DNA of 32,000 nucleotides from Thiobacillus denitrificans DSM 12475 (GTDB lineage Bacteria; Pseudomonadota; Gammaproteobacteria; Burkholderiales; Thiobacillaceae): NCBI RefSeq assembly GCF_000376425.1, contig NZ_AQWL01000001.1, positions 348,846 to 380,845 of the forward strand, read 5' to 3'. Shown piece by piece: positions 16,137 to 25,047 of this stretch (position 1 is its first letter; each line of letters starts with the position of its first letter). The notes under the pieces were generated by a model. It saw only the letters and a program-made list of their open reading frames with translations, ran no database searches and was not told where the DNA came from. The position numbers and the translations under genes were made by a program.

Positions 16137-16423
16137 TGAACAAAAAGATGCGTACATTATCAGGATATTCGATTGTGGTTGTCGTGTTTATTGCTGCTCT
16201 AGTTGTGTTATCGCAGATAGCGGCTTCACCGTGGTTGAATGCAGTGGCAGCGGCTATTGCCATAGTGGCGGCGAGGCGTTTTGTTGAATCGCTATCAATT
16301 ATGGCTGTGGGCTTGCTTGTTGCTGTTTTGACTGTGGGGCTGCCGCTTGCGCTGCTGTTTGCCGTAGGGGCGAATAATGGTTTATCGCCACTGTCTTATT
16401 TTGAGCTCGTTGACGTAGTGTAA
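16136..16423 (+). CDS. putative immunity protein 4 (small 3-TM membrane protein)
   Basis: TAATG overlap with the CT4 stop. 95 aa, three hydrophobic helices. Confidence 0.6.
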   Translation: MNKKMRTLSGYSIVVVVFIAALVVLSQIAASPWLNAVAAAIAIVAARRFVESLSIMAVGLLVAVLTVGLPLALLFAVGANNGLSPLSYFELVDVV

Positions 16424-16556
16424 GCGGTGCTCCCGACATTAACCGCAATTGTTCTCTTGGCCTTACTCAAACGAAATAGTTAGTGATAAAGGAATCAAAC
16501 GGGCCGGGCTCACAATAAAAAAATGAACACAATCCCCCTCGTCTCTGAGCATGTTT

Positions 16557-17033
16557 ACGCCGCTCACCGCCATTGTCGACCAGGCTGGCAGCCGCCTCAC
16601 CTACACCCTCGACGCCATGGGCAACCGCAACCATGAAGCCATCACCCGCCCCGACAACACCTACGTCTACTACGCCCACAGCCGCACCTTCGATGCCTTG
16701 GGCCGCCTGTGGCAGGACATCGGCGCCGCCAACCAGACCGTCACCTACCAGTACGACGCCCAGGGCAATATGAAGCAGGTGGACGGCGCCCGCACCGACG
16801 TCGCCGACGTCACCAGCCACGGCTACGACGCCCTCGACCGTCTCATCCAGACGCTGAACGCCGACGGCGGCGTCGAGCAATACAAACCCAACACCCTGCT
16901 CAGCTACACTTACGACAGCACCGGCCGCCTAACCAGCGCCAGCGACAGCGCCGGCAACAGCTTCGGCAGCCTTGCCTGGACCTACGACCAGAGCGGTAAC
17001 CGCCAGAGCGAGACCCGCAGCGCCGGCACCATG
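16557..17033 (+). pseudogene. rhs core fragment with internal deletion and 3' truncation
   Basis: 16557-16898 parallels main rhs about 10887-11227, and 16899-17033 parallels 11936-12070. Homology ends at ...AGTM. No CT and no core tail. Confidence 0.85.
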
Positions 17034-17089
17034 ACGATCAGCTCGCGCAGTGCGTCGGTGAGCAACAGGATTTCGGCAATCGCGCGCAT
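17034..17089 (-). pseudogene. 56-nt remnant of a GspE-family ATPase 3' region
   Basis: The reverse complement encodes RAIAEILLLTDALRELIV, versus RAVAEILLLTDELRELIV in gspE (4901-4956). 43/56 nt identical by hand alignment. Similarity is lost on both sides. Confidence 0.55.
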
Positions 17090-17216
17090 TGGCTTGCTCG
17101 ATTTTTGTACTACTAATGAATGAGGTGCGGTATTCGACAAGCCTTTACCGCGTCCGTGCCGTTGGCTTTACCTCCCAAACGCAGCGACTCTTCCATCCTA
17201 CCCTTGGGGTGCCATC

Positions 17217-17531
17217 ATGAAACAACTCAACAAGTATCTTGCCGTAGTTTTTCTGGCCGTGACGCTGGGATCCGTTGCTGGATGTGCATCGACGCGCACA
17301 CAGCAGGGAACCGGCGAGTATATCGACGATGCCGTCATCACCACCAAAGTGAAGGCAGCCATACTCGAAGACCCCATGACGAAGGTACTGGAGATCAAAG
17401 TCAAAACCTTCAAGGGCGAGGTTCAACTAAGCGGCTTCGTCAGTTCGCGGGCCGCGGCGAACAGGGCAGTCGAGCTGGCACGCGGCGTCAAGGGCGTCAC
17501 CTCCGTCAAGGACGACATGCAGATCAAGTGA
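17217..17531 (+). CDS. BON-domain lipoprotein (OsmY-like)
   Basis: 104 aa. Lipobox LGSVAGC. BON pattern [14 protein letters not shown]...[14 protein letters not shown]...A..LA..V.GV..V.D. Confidence 0.8.
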   Translation: MKQLNKYLAVVFLAVTLGSVAGCASTRTQQGTGEYIDDAVITTKVKAAILEDPMTKVLEIKVKTFKGEVQLSGFVSSRAAANRAVELARGVKGVTSVKDDMQIK

Positions 17532-17734
17532 TGTCAGCCGGTCCGGTTCCTGGAGTTGACCGCCATATTCCGATTCTGAACCCGGTCAGTCCGGCCAGAC
17601 TGATGTCGCCGCTACACCATGACGGTAGACGAGCCGGGAATAAGGGGGGAGTATCCCAAGGTGGCCCCCGGCCTTCGAAGCACGATAATCGCTGGCTGGG
17701 GCCTGAAGTTTGTTTACAGCGAGGAACACCGACT

Positions 17735-19198
17735 ATGGCAAATTCCAAGACCACCGGCTCGACGATGAGCACTGGCGCACCGGCGCCGAGCGACCGTAAT
17801 TCCCTGACGGTCGGCCCTGACGGCCCCATTCTCCTGCACGACGTGCATTTCCTCGAGCAGATGGCGCACTTCAACCGGGAGAAAGTCCCCGAGCGTCAAC
17901 CCCATGCCAAGGGCTCGGGCGCGTTCGGCGTGTTCGAGACAACCGATGACGTCTCGGCCTATACCCGGGCGGCGCTGTTCCAGCAGGGCACCTCGACCGA
18001 GATGCTGGCGCGTTTCTCCACCGTGGCCGGCGAGGCGGGCAGCCCGGACACCTGGCGCGACGTGCGTGGTTTTTCGCTGAAGTTCTACACGAGCGAAGGC
18101 AATTACGACCTCGTGGGCAACAACACGCCGGTGTTCTTCGTGCGCGATCCGATGAAGTTTCCGCACTTCATCCGCAGCCAGAAACGGCTTGCCGACTCCG
18201 GCCTGCGTGACAACCACATGCAGTGGGACTTCTGGACCAGCAACCCGGAGACCGCGCACCAGGTGACCTACCTGATGGGCGAGCGCGGGCTGCCGCGCAC
18301 CTGGCGGCACATGAACGGCTACGGCTCGCATACCTACATGTGGGTGAACGCCAAGGGCGAGCGGTTCTGGGTGAAATACCATTTCCACACCCAGCAGAGC
18401 ATGGCGTTCTTCACCAACGCCGAGGCCGCCACCATGGCGGGTACCGACGCCGACTTCCACCGTCGCGACCTGTTCGAGGCGATCGCCCGGGGCGAACATC
18501 CACAGTGGATACTTTCGGTCCAGATCATGCCGTATGCCGACGCGAAGACCTACCGGATCAATCCCTTCGACCTGACCAAGACCTGGTCGCACCGGGACTA
18601 TCCGCTGATCCGCGTCGGCACAATGACCCTGAATCGCAACCCGGAGAATTTCTTCGCCCAGATCGAGCAGGCCGCCTTCTCGCCGGGGAACACGGTACCG
18701 GGTATCGGATTGTCGCCGGACAAGATGCTGCTGGGCCGGGCCTTCGCCTACAACGACGCCCAGCGCAACCGCATCGGGACCAACTTCAACCAGCTTCCGG
18801 TCAACCAGCCCAAGGTGCCGGTGAATACCTACCAGTTCGACGGCCAGATGACCTACACTCACAGCGGCAACGCGCCCACCTACGCGCCCAACAGCGGTGG
18901 CCGGCCGTGGGCGGATGAAACCGGCCCCGTCGCGGACGGCTGGGAAACGGACGGCGAAATGGTCCGCAGCGCCTACACCCTGCGTGCCGAAGACGACGAC
19001 TTCACCCAGCCCGGGACCCTGGTCCGCAAGGTATTCAACGACGCCCAGCGCACGGCGCTGATCGACCAGGTGGCCGGCAGCCTGCTCGGTGGGGTCCGTT
19101 CACCGGTCCTCGAACGTGCCTTCGACTACTGGAAGTCCATCGACCCGGATGTCGGCGCCAGGATCGAGCAGAAGGTCAGGGCGGGGAGTGGCGGCTAA
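17735..19198 (+). CDS. monofunctional heme catalase
   Basis: ATG 17735 preceded by GAGGAA; the track ORF from 17120 is an upstream run-on. 487 aa with [39 protein letters not shown]. Confidence 0.92.
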   Translation: MANSKTTGSTMSTGAPAPSDRNSLTVGPDGPILLHDVHFLEQMAHFNREKVPERQPHAKGSGAFGVFETTDDVSAYTRAALFQQGTSTEMLARFSTVAGEAGSPDTWRDVRGFSLKFYTSEGNYDLVGNNTPVFFVRDPMKFPHFIRSQKRLADSGLRDNHMQWDFWTSNPETAHQVTYLMGERGLPRTWRHMNGYGSHTYMWVNAKGERFWVKYHFHTQQSMAFFTNAEAATMAGTDADFHRRDLFEAIARGEHPQWILSVQIMPYADAKTYRINPFDLTKTWSHRDYPLIRVGTMTLNRNPENFFAQIEQAAFSPGNTVPGIGLSPDKMLLGRAFAYNDAQRNRIGTNFNQLPVNQPKVPVNTYQFDGQMTYTHSGNAPTYAPNSGGRPWADETGPVADGWETDGEMVRSAYTLRAEDDDFTQPGTLVRKVFNDAQRTALIDQVAGSLLGGVRSPVLERAFDYWKSIDPDVGARIEQKVRAGSGG

Positions 19199-19243
19199 CC
19201 CGCAGAGGGCATGGGCGAAGGCTTAGTCCTGGCCTCGGCATGT

Positions 19244-19276
19244 GCGGGTGCGGAGGCCCGCTGCCACCGCACCCGC
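19244..19276. terminator. GC-rich hairpin between convergent catalase and glsB-like genes
   Basis: GCGGGTGCGG, a 13-nt loop, then CCGCACCCGC (10-bp perfect stem). No clear U-tract. Confidence 0.3.
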
Positions 19277-19447
19277 ATCGATTCCGGGTAATAAATGGGG
19301 GCCCTGTTTATTCGTTGATTCCGCTGCCGTGGCGATCCGGGTCGCCCTGACCCAGGTGTTCGGGAATCGAGGGAGCGGGTCGAGGTTGATGGGGCCTCTT
19401 TCTCCTTAACGGCGCCTGGCACCCAGATCCGGGCGTCAGGCCCGCTG

Positions 19448-19702
19448 CTACGATTTCCGGAAAATACCGAGCCTGCTCAGGATGAAGATCAGCAGCACGG
19501 CGCCGCCGAACGCGACGATGAAGCGTGCGATGCCGCCCACGGCGGTGAAACCCAGCAGTCCGGCGATCCCGTAGCCGAGCATCGAGCCCACCACGCCGAC
19601 CGCCACATTGGCGATCCAGCCCATCTGGGCGTTGGTCTTCATGGCGATGCTCGCCAGCCAGCCAACGACGCCGCCAATAATCAATGTAATGATCAAGCCC
19701 AT
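19448..19702 (-). CDS. GlsB/YeaQ/YmgE-family transglycosylase-associated membrane protein
   Basis: ATG 19702 preceded by GGGAGGA. 84 aa: MGLIITLIIGGVVGWLASIAM...GWIANVAVGVVGSMLG. The track ORF to 20047 is over-extended. Confidence 0.8.
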   Translation of the reverse strand: MGLIITLIIGGVVGWLASIAMKTNAQMGWIANVAVGVVGSMLGYGIAGLLGFTAVGGIARFIVAFGGAVLLIFILSRLGIFRKS

Positions 19703-20094
19703 GTTGTTCCTCCCTTGATGATTGAAACTTCGAGTGCGCGCATGCCGCTGGGTCAGCGCATGGTCTTGCCGGCCATCCGCCTGGTTGTCGAACGGATGGC
19801 CATCGCTGTTCAGGCCGGGCATCGCGGCGGGTCCCCGGACCCCGTTGTCCGCAGGCTGAACATCACAGCCGCCGCCGAGCAGCCCACCGAATCCCTCGAT
19901 ACCAGCGGCCTGCGATTGCTTCTTGAATCCGCCAAGGATCGCCGGGGCGAGAATGTCTGTGACCGGAGCGCATCGTTTCTGGCGATGAATGCAGGATAGT
20001 AGACAAATAGACGGTGGGCTGGGCGAGTCGGGGCTGGAAAGCCGCACCCTCCCGATTTACCATCCAGTTAGAGAAGCGAAACCTTTCGTTGTGA

Positions 20095-21351
20095 ATGAAG
20101 CACGTTCACCCCAAAGCATCGGACAGACTCAAACCTGAACACATGACCAATACCGCAAAAGCTGACCGCAGCCCGTGGGCTGTCTTTCTGGTTTTTCTCC
20201 GATTGGGCCTAACCTCCTTCGGTGGCCCGGTTGCCCACCTGGGCTATTTCCGCGATGAGTTCGTGACGCGGCGGCAGTGGTTGACCGAGCGCAGCTATGC
20301 AGACCTGGTCGCCCTTTGCCAGTTCTTGCCGGGACCGGCCAGCAGCCAGGTTGGAATCGCGCTCGGGCTGTCCCGATCCGGCTACGCCGGCGCACTGGCC
20401 GCATGGGCGGGCTTTACTCTGCCGTCCGCGATAGCCCTGATTCTGTTTGCACAGGGTATGGTCAGTTACGGGGATGTCATCCCGGCTGGCGTGCTGCACG
20501 GTTTGAAAGTAGTGGCCGTGGCGGTGGTCGCGCAGGCGGTATGGGGGATGGCCCGCACTCTTTGCCCGGATGTCCCGCGCGTCACCATCATGGCGGCGGC
20601 GGCCTGCTTCGTTCTTCTGATGCCGTCCGCATGGGGGCAGGTGGGCGTCATCGTGATTGCTGCGGTCATCGGCCTCTTGCTGTTCAAACCTCAGCAGGGG
20701 GCAGCAGCCCATGACCCATTGCCCATTGTGATGAGGCGTCGTGTCGGCCTGCTTTGGCTGGCGCTGTTTTTTGCCCTGCTGATGGGGCTGCCGCTTCTGA
20801 CCGCACTGTTTCCGGGCCAGACACTGGCCATGGTCGATGCTTTCTACCGAGCCGGATCGCTGGTATTTGGCGGAGGGCATGTCGTGTTGCCACTGCTGCA
20901 AGCCGAGGTCGTACCCCCCGGCTGGGTCGATAACGAGTTTTTCCTGGCGGGCTACGGTGCGGCGCAGGCCGTTCCTGGCCCCTTGTTCACCTTTGCGGCG
21001 TTTCTTGGCGCTTCGATGAACGAAATGCCTTCCGGCTGGCTGGGGGGCATGATCTGCCTGTTGGCGATCTTCGCACCCTCTTTCCTGCTGGTCGCGGGTG
21101 CCCTGCCGTTTTGGGAGCGCTTGCGCCGCAATGTCCGTGCGCAAGCTGCGTTGTCGGGTATCAATGCGGCCGTGGTGGGCCTGCTGCTGGCAGCCCTGTA
21201 TCAACCTGTATGGACGAGCGCAATACATGCGCCGCAAGACTTCGGACTGGCGCTGGTCGCGCTGGTCGCCCTGATGTTCTGGAAGCTGCCGCCGTGGCTG
21301 GTCGTGGTGGGCAGCGGTGTCGCGGGCGGGTTGTTGAATGGGCTTCCGTGA
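20095..21351 (+). CDS. chrA: chromate efflux transporter ChrA (two-CHR-domain form)
   Basis: FGGPVAHLGYFRDEFV..RQWL...Y.DLVALCQFLPGPASSQ, with a second CHR half (FGGGHVVLPLL...GYGAAQAVPGPLFTFAAFLG). The start may be ATG 20143. Confidence 0.85.
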   Translation: MKHVHPKASDRLKPEHMTNTAKADRSPWAVFLVFLRLGLTSFGGPVAHLGYFRDEFVTRRQWLTERSYADLVALCQFLPGPASSQVGIALGLSRSGYAGALAAWAGFTLPSAIALILFAQGMVSYGDVIPAGVLHGLKVVAVAVVAQAVWGMARTLCPDVPRVTIMAAAACFVLLMPSAWGQVGVIVIAAVIGLLLFKPQQGAAAHDPLPIVMRRRVGLLWLALFFALLMGLPLLTALFPGQTLAMVDAFYRAGSLVFGGGHVVLPLLQAEVVPPGWVDNEFFLAGYGAAQAVPGPLFTFAAFLGASMNEMPSGWLGGMICLLAIFAPSFLLVAGALPFWERLRRNVRAQAALSGINAAVVGLLLAALYQPVWTSAIHAPQDFGLALVALVALMFWKLPPWLVVVGSGVAGGLLNGLP

Positions 21352-21620
21352 GGTCGGATATGGCTGGCAAAGATCTGGCGACGGCTTGATCAAGGGCCAT
21401 TGACCGGTATCCGGTCGCCCCACCGCCCAATGATCATCGAGGGGGGCAGGACATCGTCGATGCGTAATTCGACGATCTTCGCAAAGGACACACCGCGCTG
21501 ACGTGCGGCATCTTGCCGGATGATATGATCACCCCAAGCACGCGGGCCAGGTGATGGCCTGTTTCTACCCGGCTGGGGAGCACTCTCATAGACCTTACTC
21601 GATTCGCACCGCTAGCCGTC

Positions 21621-22481
21621 GTGCTGGGCGCCGTGGCGGTGGCAACCAATCCGGTTTTCGTCCGGCTGAGCGAGCTGACTTCGGTCGCATCGGCAGCCCA
21701 CCGTATGATCTGGGCGTTGCCGGTATTCGCGTTCTGGTTCTGGTTGTCGAGGCCCAAGACCGGGGTACGGCCACCCTCCGGGAAACATGTCCCGCTGCTG
21801 TTGCTCTGTGGCTTGCTGTTCGCCACTGATCTGGTTTCGTTGCACGCCTCTATCGAGCGTACGGCGGCGGCCAACTCAATGCTGTTTGTCAACGCACAAC
21901 CCATTTATGTCGTGCTCGGCGGCTGGCTGCTGTTCGGCACCCGTGTCACCCGGAATTTCGGGTTTGGCGTGGCGATTGCCCTCGTCGGCGGGGTGCTGGT
22001 GGCCTGGCAAAGCCTCGATATCGGTACCGAGCACCTGATTGGCGATGGCCTGGGTGTGTTCGCGGGCATCCTCTACGCCGGCTATATTATCGGTGCGAGC
22101 CGGTTGCGCGGGCGGTTCTCGAGTACCGAGATCAACCTGTGGACCTGTCTGATCGCAGTACCGATACTGGTGCTGGTCACGCTGGCCAGCGGCGACTCAC
22201 TGATCCCTCAGACGCCGCGCGGCTGGGGGCTGATGATCGCGCTCGGCGTCATCTCTCAGGGTCTTGGCCAGGGCTTGATCGTCTGGGGTCTGGCCCACCT
22301 GCCGACGAGTTTTTCTTCGGTCGCGCTGCTCACCGCGCCGGTCGCCGCCGCCGTGTTCGCGTGGCTGTTCCTCGACGAATCGCTGACCTCTATCCAGCTC
22401 GTCGGCATGAGCGCGGTCCTCGTCGGCATCTACGTCGCCTGGCGTGCAGCGCCCATCGCGAGCGAGAAAAAACCCCTGTAA
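21621..22481 (+). CDS. EamA/DMT-family transporter
   Basis: 286 aa, about 10 TM helices arranged as two EamA-like halves. GTG is the first canonical start in the open frame. Confidence 0.65.
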   Translation: MLGAVAVATNPVFVRLSELTSVASAAHRMIWALPVFAFWFWLSRPKTGVRPPSGKHVPLLLLCGLLFATDLVSLHASIERTAAANSMLFVNAQPIYVVLGGWLLFGTRVTRNFGFGVAIALVGGVLVAWQSLDIGTEHLIGDGLGVFAGILYAGYIIGASRLRGRFSSTEINLWTCLIAVPILVLVTLASGDSLIPQTPRGWGLMIALGVISQGLGQGLIVWGLAHLPTSFSSVALLTAPVAAAVFAWLFLDESLTSIQLVGMSAVLVGIYVAWRAAPIASEKKPL

Positions 22482-22804
22482 GCCATCGGCCCGACCCGAC
22501 GGAATCGACTTAGTCGGATCTTCCTACGCTGTATCGACTGGCGAAGCGGAAATATCGTGGGGCTTCATGACAAGGTCCTCATGACGCCGGTGGCGGAGCC
22601 GTGACATCCGGCGCTGTAACCTGTTGGTTTTCATGTGGGCCAGTCCAGCCCTTTGCGGATTTCGGGCCATTCGCGTAGAGCGAGCGGGAGAGAAGAATGG
22701 CGAGGAGGGCGAAAGGTAATCAGGAAAGGGGCGGAAGGCCACCGACGAAGTCCGCAGACTTTCGCAGGAATCCGCACGAACACGCGGAAACCCGCGCGTT
22801 CAGG

Positions 22805-22838
22805 CAAGAAAAAACCCAACCGAGAACGGTTGGGTTTT
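22805..22838 (-). terminator. intrinsic terminator of ssrA
   Basis: On the minus strand, 6 nt after the tmRNA CCA: AAAACCCAACC-GTTCTC-GGTTGGGTTTT followed by TTCTT. Confidence 0.7.
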
Positions 22839-22844
22839 CATTAT

Positions 22845-23211
22845 TGGTGGAACCGGCGGGAATCGAACCCGCGTCCGCAAGCTCTCTACAGGCAGTTCTA
22901 CATACTTAGTCCGGTGTTTTTAAGCTTTAGGCTTGATCACGCCCGCCGAACAGGCTGGATTTTGCCGAGTCGCCTTGGATTTAGCACCCACCCAAGCGAC
23001 CCGGATGAGCACGATTTCATGTGAATTAACTCACTGCCGGTTTGACCCGGCCCAGCCCATGAACAGGCTAGTGTGAGTCCTGGACCTTAAGCGGCCAGGG
23101 CGTAGTTTTCGTCGTTTGCGACTAAAGTTTTTCAGTTGGATTTACGAGGTGCTCTGACCCTCGGTATGCCCTACTCTGCTTTGCAACCCACGTCGAAGCC
23201 AGGTCGGTCCC
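22845..23211 (-). ncRNA. ssrA: tmRNA (SsrA)
   Basis: 5' GGGACCGACCTGGCTTCGACG. 3' GGACGCGGGTTCGATTCCCGCCGGTTCCACCA. The acceptor stem has G3:U70. Tag ORF at 23119-23087 is GCAAACGACGAAAACTACGCCCTGGCCGCTTAA = ANDENYALAA*. Confidence 0.95.
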
Positions 23212-23293
23212 TGTATGCAGCTACATACAAGTGTACTGCATGGAGGGCGGATCTACAGGAAAGTTCCGGCAACGGAAATAAAACTGCGCCGGA

Positions 23294-23683
23294 CTAGTGC
23301 AGGAAGGGGAAGGGGTCATGCGTGAGCGCAACCGCCACGATATAACCGAACACGAGCAGGGCCGCAATCCAGGCGCCAATGCGCTGGCTCCGGGTTCTGC
23401 CGCGCTTGATGGCAATGGTGCCGAGCACGATGTAGAGGATCAGCGCAAAAAACTTGGCGGTGAGCCAGCCGTGCACCAGCGGATATTGCTGGATCAGCAC
23501 GGCGAGTCCGATGCCGCTGGCGAGCAACAGGCTGTCGTTGACATGCGGAACGATGCGTACCCAGCGGGCATGAATCCGGGGTGATTCTGCCATCATCCAG
23601 GCGCCGCGTAACACGAACAAGGTCAGGGTGATGACGATGGTGGTGAGGTGCAGGTTCTTGAGGATGAGGTAAGTCATGTTCAT
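23294..23683 (-). CDS. SirB-family membrane protein
   Basis: 129 aa, 4 TM. LKNLHLTTIVITLTLFVLRG...PHVNDSLLLASGI matches the SirB1/SirB2-type pattern. Confidence 0.65.
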   Translation of the reverse strand: MNMTYLILKNLHLTTIVITLTLFVLRGAWMMAESPRIHARWVRIVPHVNDSLLLASGIGLAVLIQQYPLVHGWLTAKFFALILYIVLGTIAIKRGRTRSQRIGAWIAALLVFGYIVAVALTHDPFPFLH

Positions 23684-24357
23684 CCAAGAAAGTCGAGGGT
23701 GTCGGCCGGGTGGTGGATTTGCGCCTGCGCCCCCCAGGTGTGCGGCTGGTCGGTCGCGTCGAGGTAGCCCCAGGCGGCGACCAGCGCGGGCATGGCGGCG
23801 GCGCGCGCGGCCTGGATGTCACGTTCGGCATCGCCCAGGTACAGGCACTGTGCGGGGGAGGCGCCGCACAGTTCGGCGGCGGCGAGCATCGGCGCCGGAT
23901 GCGGCTTGGACTGCGGGCAGGTGTCGCCGGATACGATGCAGGTGGCGCGCTCGGCGAGGTCGAGCACCGACATCAGGGGCTCGGTGAAGCGCGCTGGTTT
24001 GTTGGTGACGACACCCCATTTCAGCTGGCGCGCTTCGAGTTCGGCCAGCAGATCGAGGATACCGGGGAAGGGCCGCGAATGGCGGCAGATGTTGTCGGCG
24101 TACAGCTGCAGGAACTCCTCGCGCATGCGCGCAAAACGCGGGTCGTCGGGATGCAGGTCGAAGCCGGCGCCCAGGAGGCCACGCGCGCCGTGCGAGGCCT
24201 GTGGGCGGATGACCGCGTCGGCCAGCGGCGGCAGACCGTGGCGTTCGCGCTGCAGGTTGAGGGCGTAGCCGAGGTCGGGCGCGGTGTCGATCAGGGTGCC
24301 GTCGAGGTCGAACAGCACGGCGCGGATGTTCTCAAGCTTCACGGCTTCACACTCCAC
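23680..24357 (-). CDS. gph: phosphoglycolate phosphatase (HAD superfamily)
   Basis: [44 protein letters not shown]. Located downstream of ubiG. An alternative GTG start at 24342 would avoid the overlap with ubiG. Confidence 0.8.
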   Translation of the reverse strand: MECEAVKLENIRAVLFDLDGTLIDTAPDLGYALNLQRERHGLPPLADAVIRPQASHGARGLLGAGFDLHPDDPRFARMREEFLQLYADNICRHSRPFPGILDLLAELEARQLKWGVVTNKPARFTEPLMSVLDLAERATCIVSGDTCPQSKPHPAPMLAAAELCGASPAQCLYLGDAERDIQAARAAAMPALVAAWGYLDATDQPHTWGAQAQIHHPADTLDFLG

Positions 24358-25045
24358 GGCGGGTGGCCAGCAGGTAGTTGACGCCGGTGTCGGCCTCCAG
24401 CTTGTAGACCTTGGTCAGCGGGTTGTAGGTCATGCCGATCAGTTCCTCGGTGTCGAGGCCGGATTCGCGCGCCATACGGGCGAGCTCGGCGGGCTGGATG
24501 AATTTAGCGTAGTCGTGGGTGCCGCGTGGCAGCAGCTTGAGGATGTATTCGGCGCCGACGACGGCGAACAGGTAGCTCTTGGCGTTGCGGTTGAGAGTCG
24601 AGAAAAATACCCAGCCGCCGGGCTTGACCAGCCTGGCGCAGGCGGTGACCACCGAAGCCGGATCAGGCACGTGCTCGAGCATTTCCATGCAGGTGACGAC
24701 GTCGAATTCGCCGGCGTGCTGCGCGGCGAAATCCTCGGCCGATACCAGCTGGTAATCGACGCTTTTACCGGATTCGTGGAGGTGCAGCCTGGCGACCTTG
24801 AGCGCTTTTTCCGACAGGTCGATTCCGCTGACGACGGCGCCGGCGCCGGCCATCGCCTCGGACAGGATGCCGCCGCCGCAGCCGACGTCGAGTATTTTCT
24901 TTCCATTCAGCGGCGCCAGCCCGTCGATCCATTTCAGGCGCAGCGGATTGATTTCGTGCAGCGGCCTGAACTCGGAATTCGGATCCCACCAGCGGTGGGC
25001 AAGTTCGGAGAATTTGGCGATTTCGGCAGCGTCGACGTTGCTCAT
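24347..25045 (-). CDS. ubiG: ubiquinone biosynthesis O-methyltransferase UbiG
   Basis: [32 protein letters not shown], and SAM motif [13 protein letters not shown]. Confidence 0.92.
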   Translation of the reverse strand: MSNVDAAEIAKFSELAHRWWDPNSEFRPLHEINPLRLKWIDGLAPLNGKKILDVGCGGGILSEAMAGAGAVVSGIDLSEKALKVARLHLHESGKSVDYQLVSAEDFAAQHAGEFDVVTCMEMLEHVPDPASVVTACARLVKPGGWVFFSTLNRNAKSYLFAVVGAEYILKLLPRGTHDYAKFIQPAELARMARESGLDTEELIGMTYNPLTKVYKLEADTGVNYLLATRRGV

Positions 25046-25047
25046 GG

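Noticed and set aside
19280-19330. AATAAA...TTTATT imperfect hairpin downstream of catalase as an intrinsic terminator
   Set aside because: The stem is short, AT-rich and bulged. The GC hairpin at 19244-19276 is the better, though still weak, candidate.
21352-21620. Possible gene remnant on the minus strand (…HIIRQDAARQRGVSFAKIVELRIDDVLPPSMIIGRWGDRIPVNGP*) and a 7-bp inverted repeat ATCGTCG/CGACGAT at 21453-21476. Track ORFs 21434-21904 (-) and 21551-21829 (+) lie here too.
   Set aside because: There is no usable start codon, I recognise no family, and the hairpin lacks a U-tract. The track ORFs overlap the EamA gene or look like shadow frames.
22524-23024. Small ORFs flanking or overlapping ssrA (22524-22742 -, 22631-22819 -, 22635-23024 +, 22697-22909 +)
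   Set aside because: Two overlap the tmRNA or its terminator. The rest are short, highly basic and lack an RBS. There is no support beyond being open.
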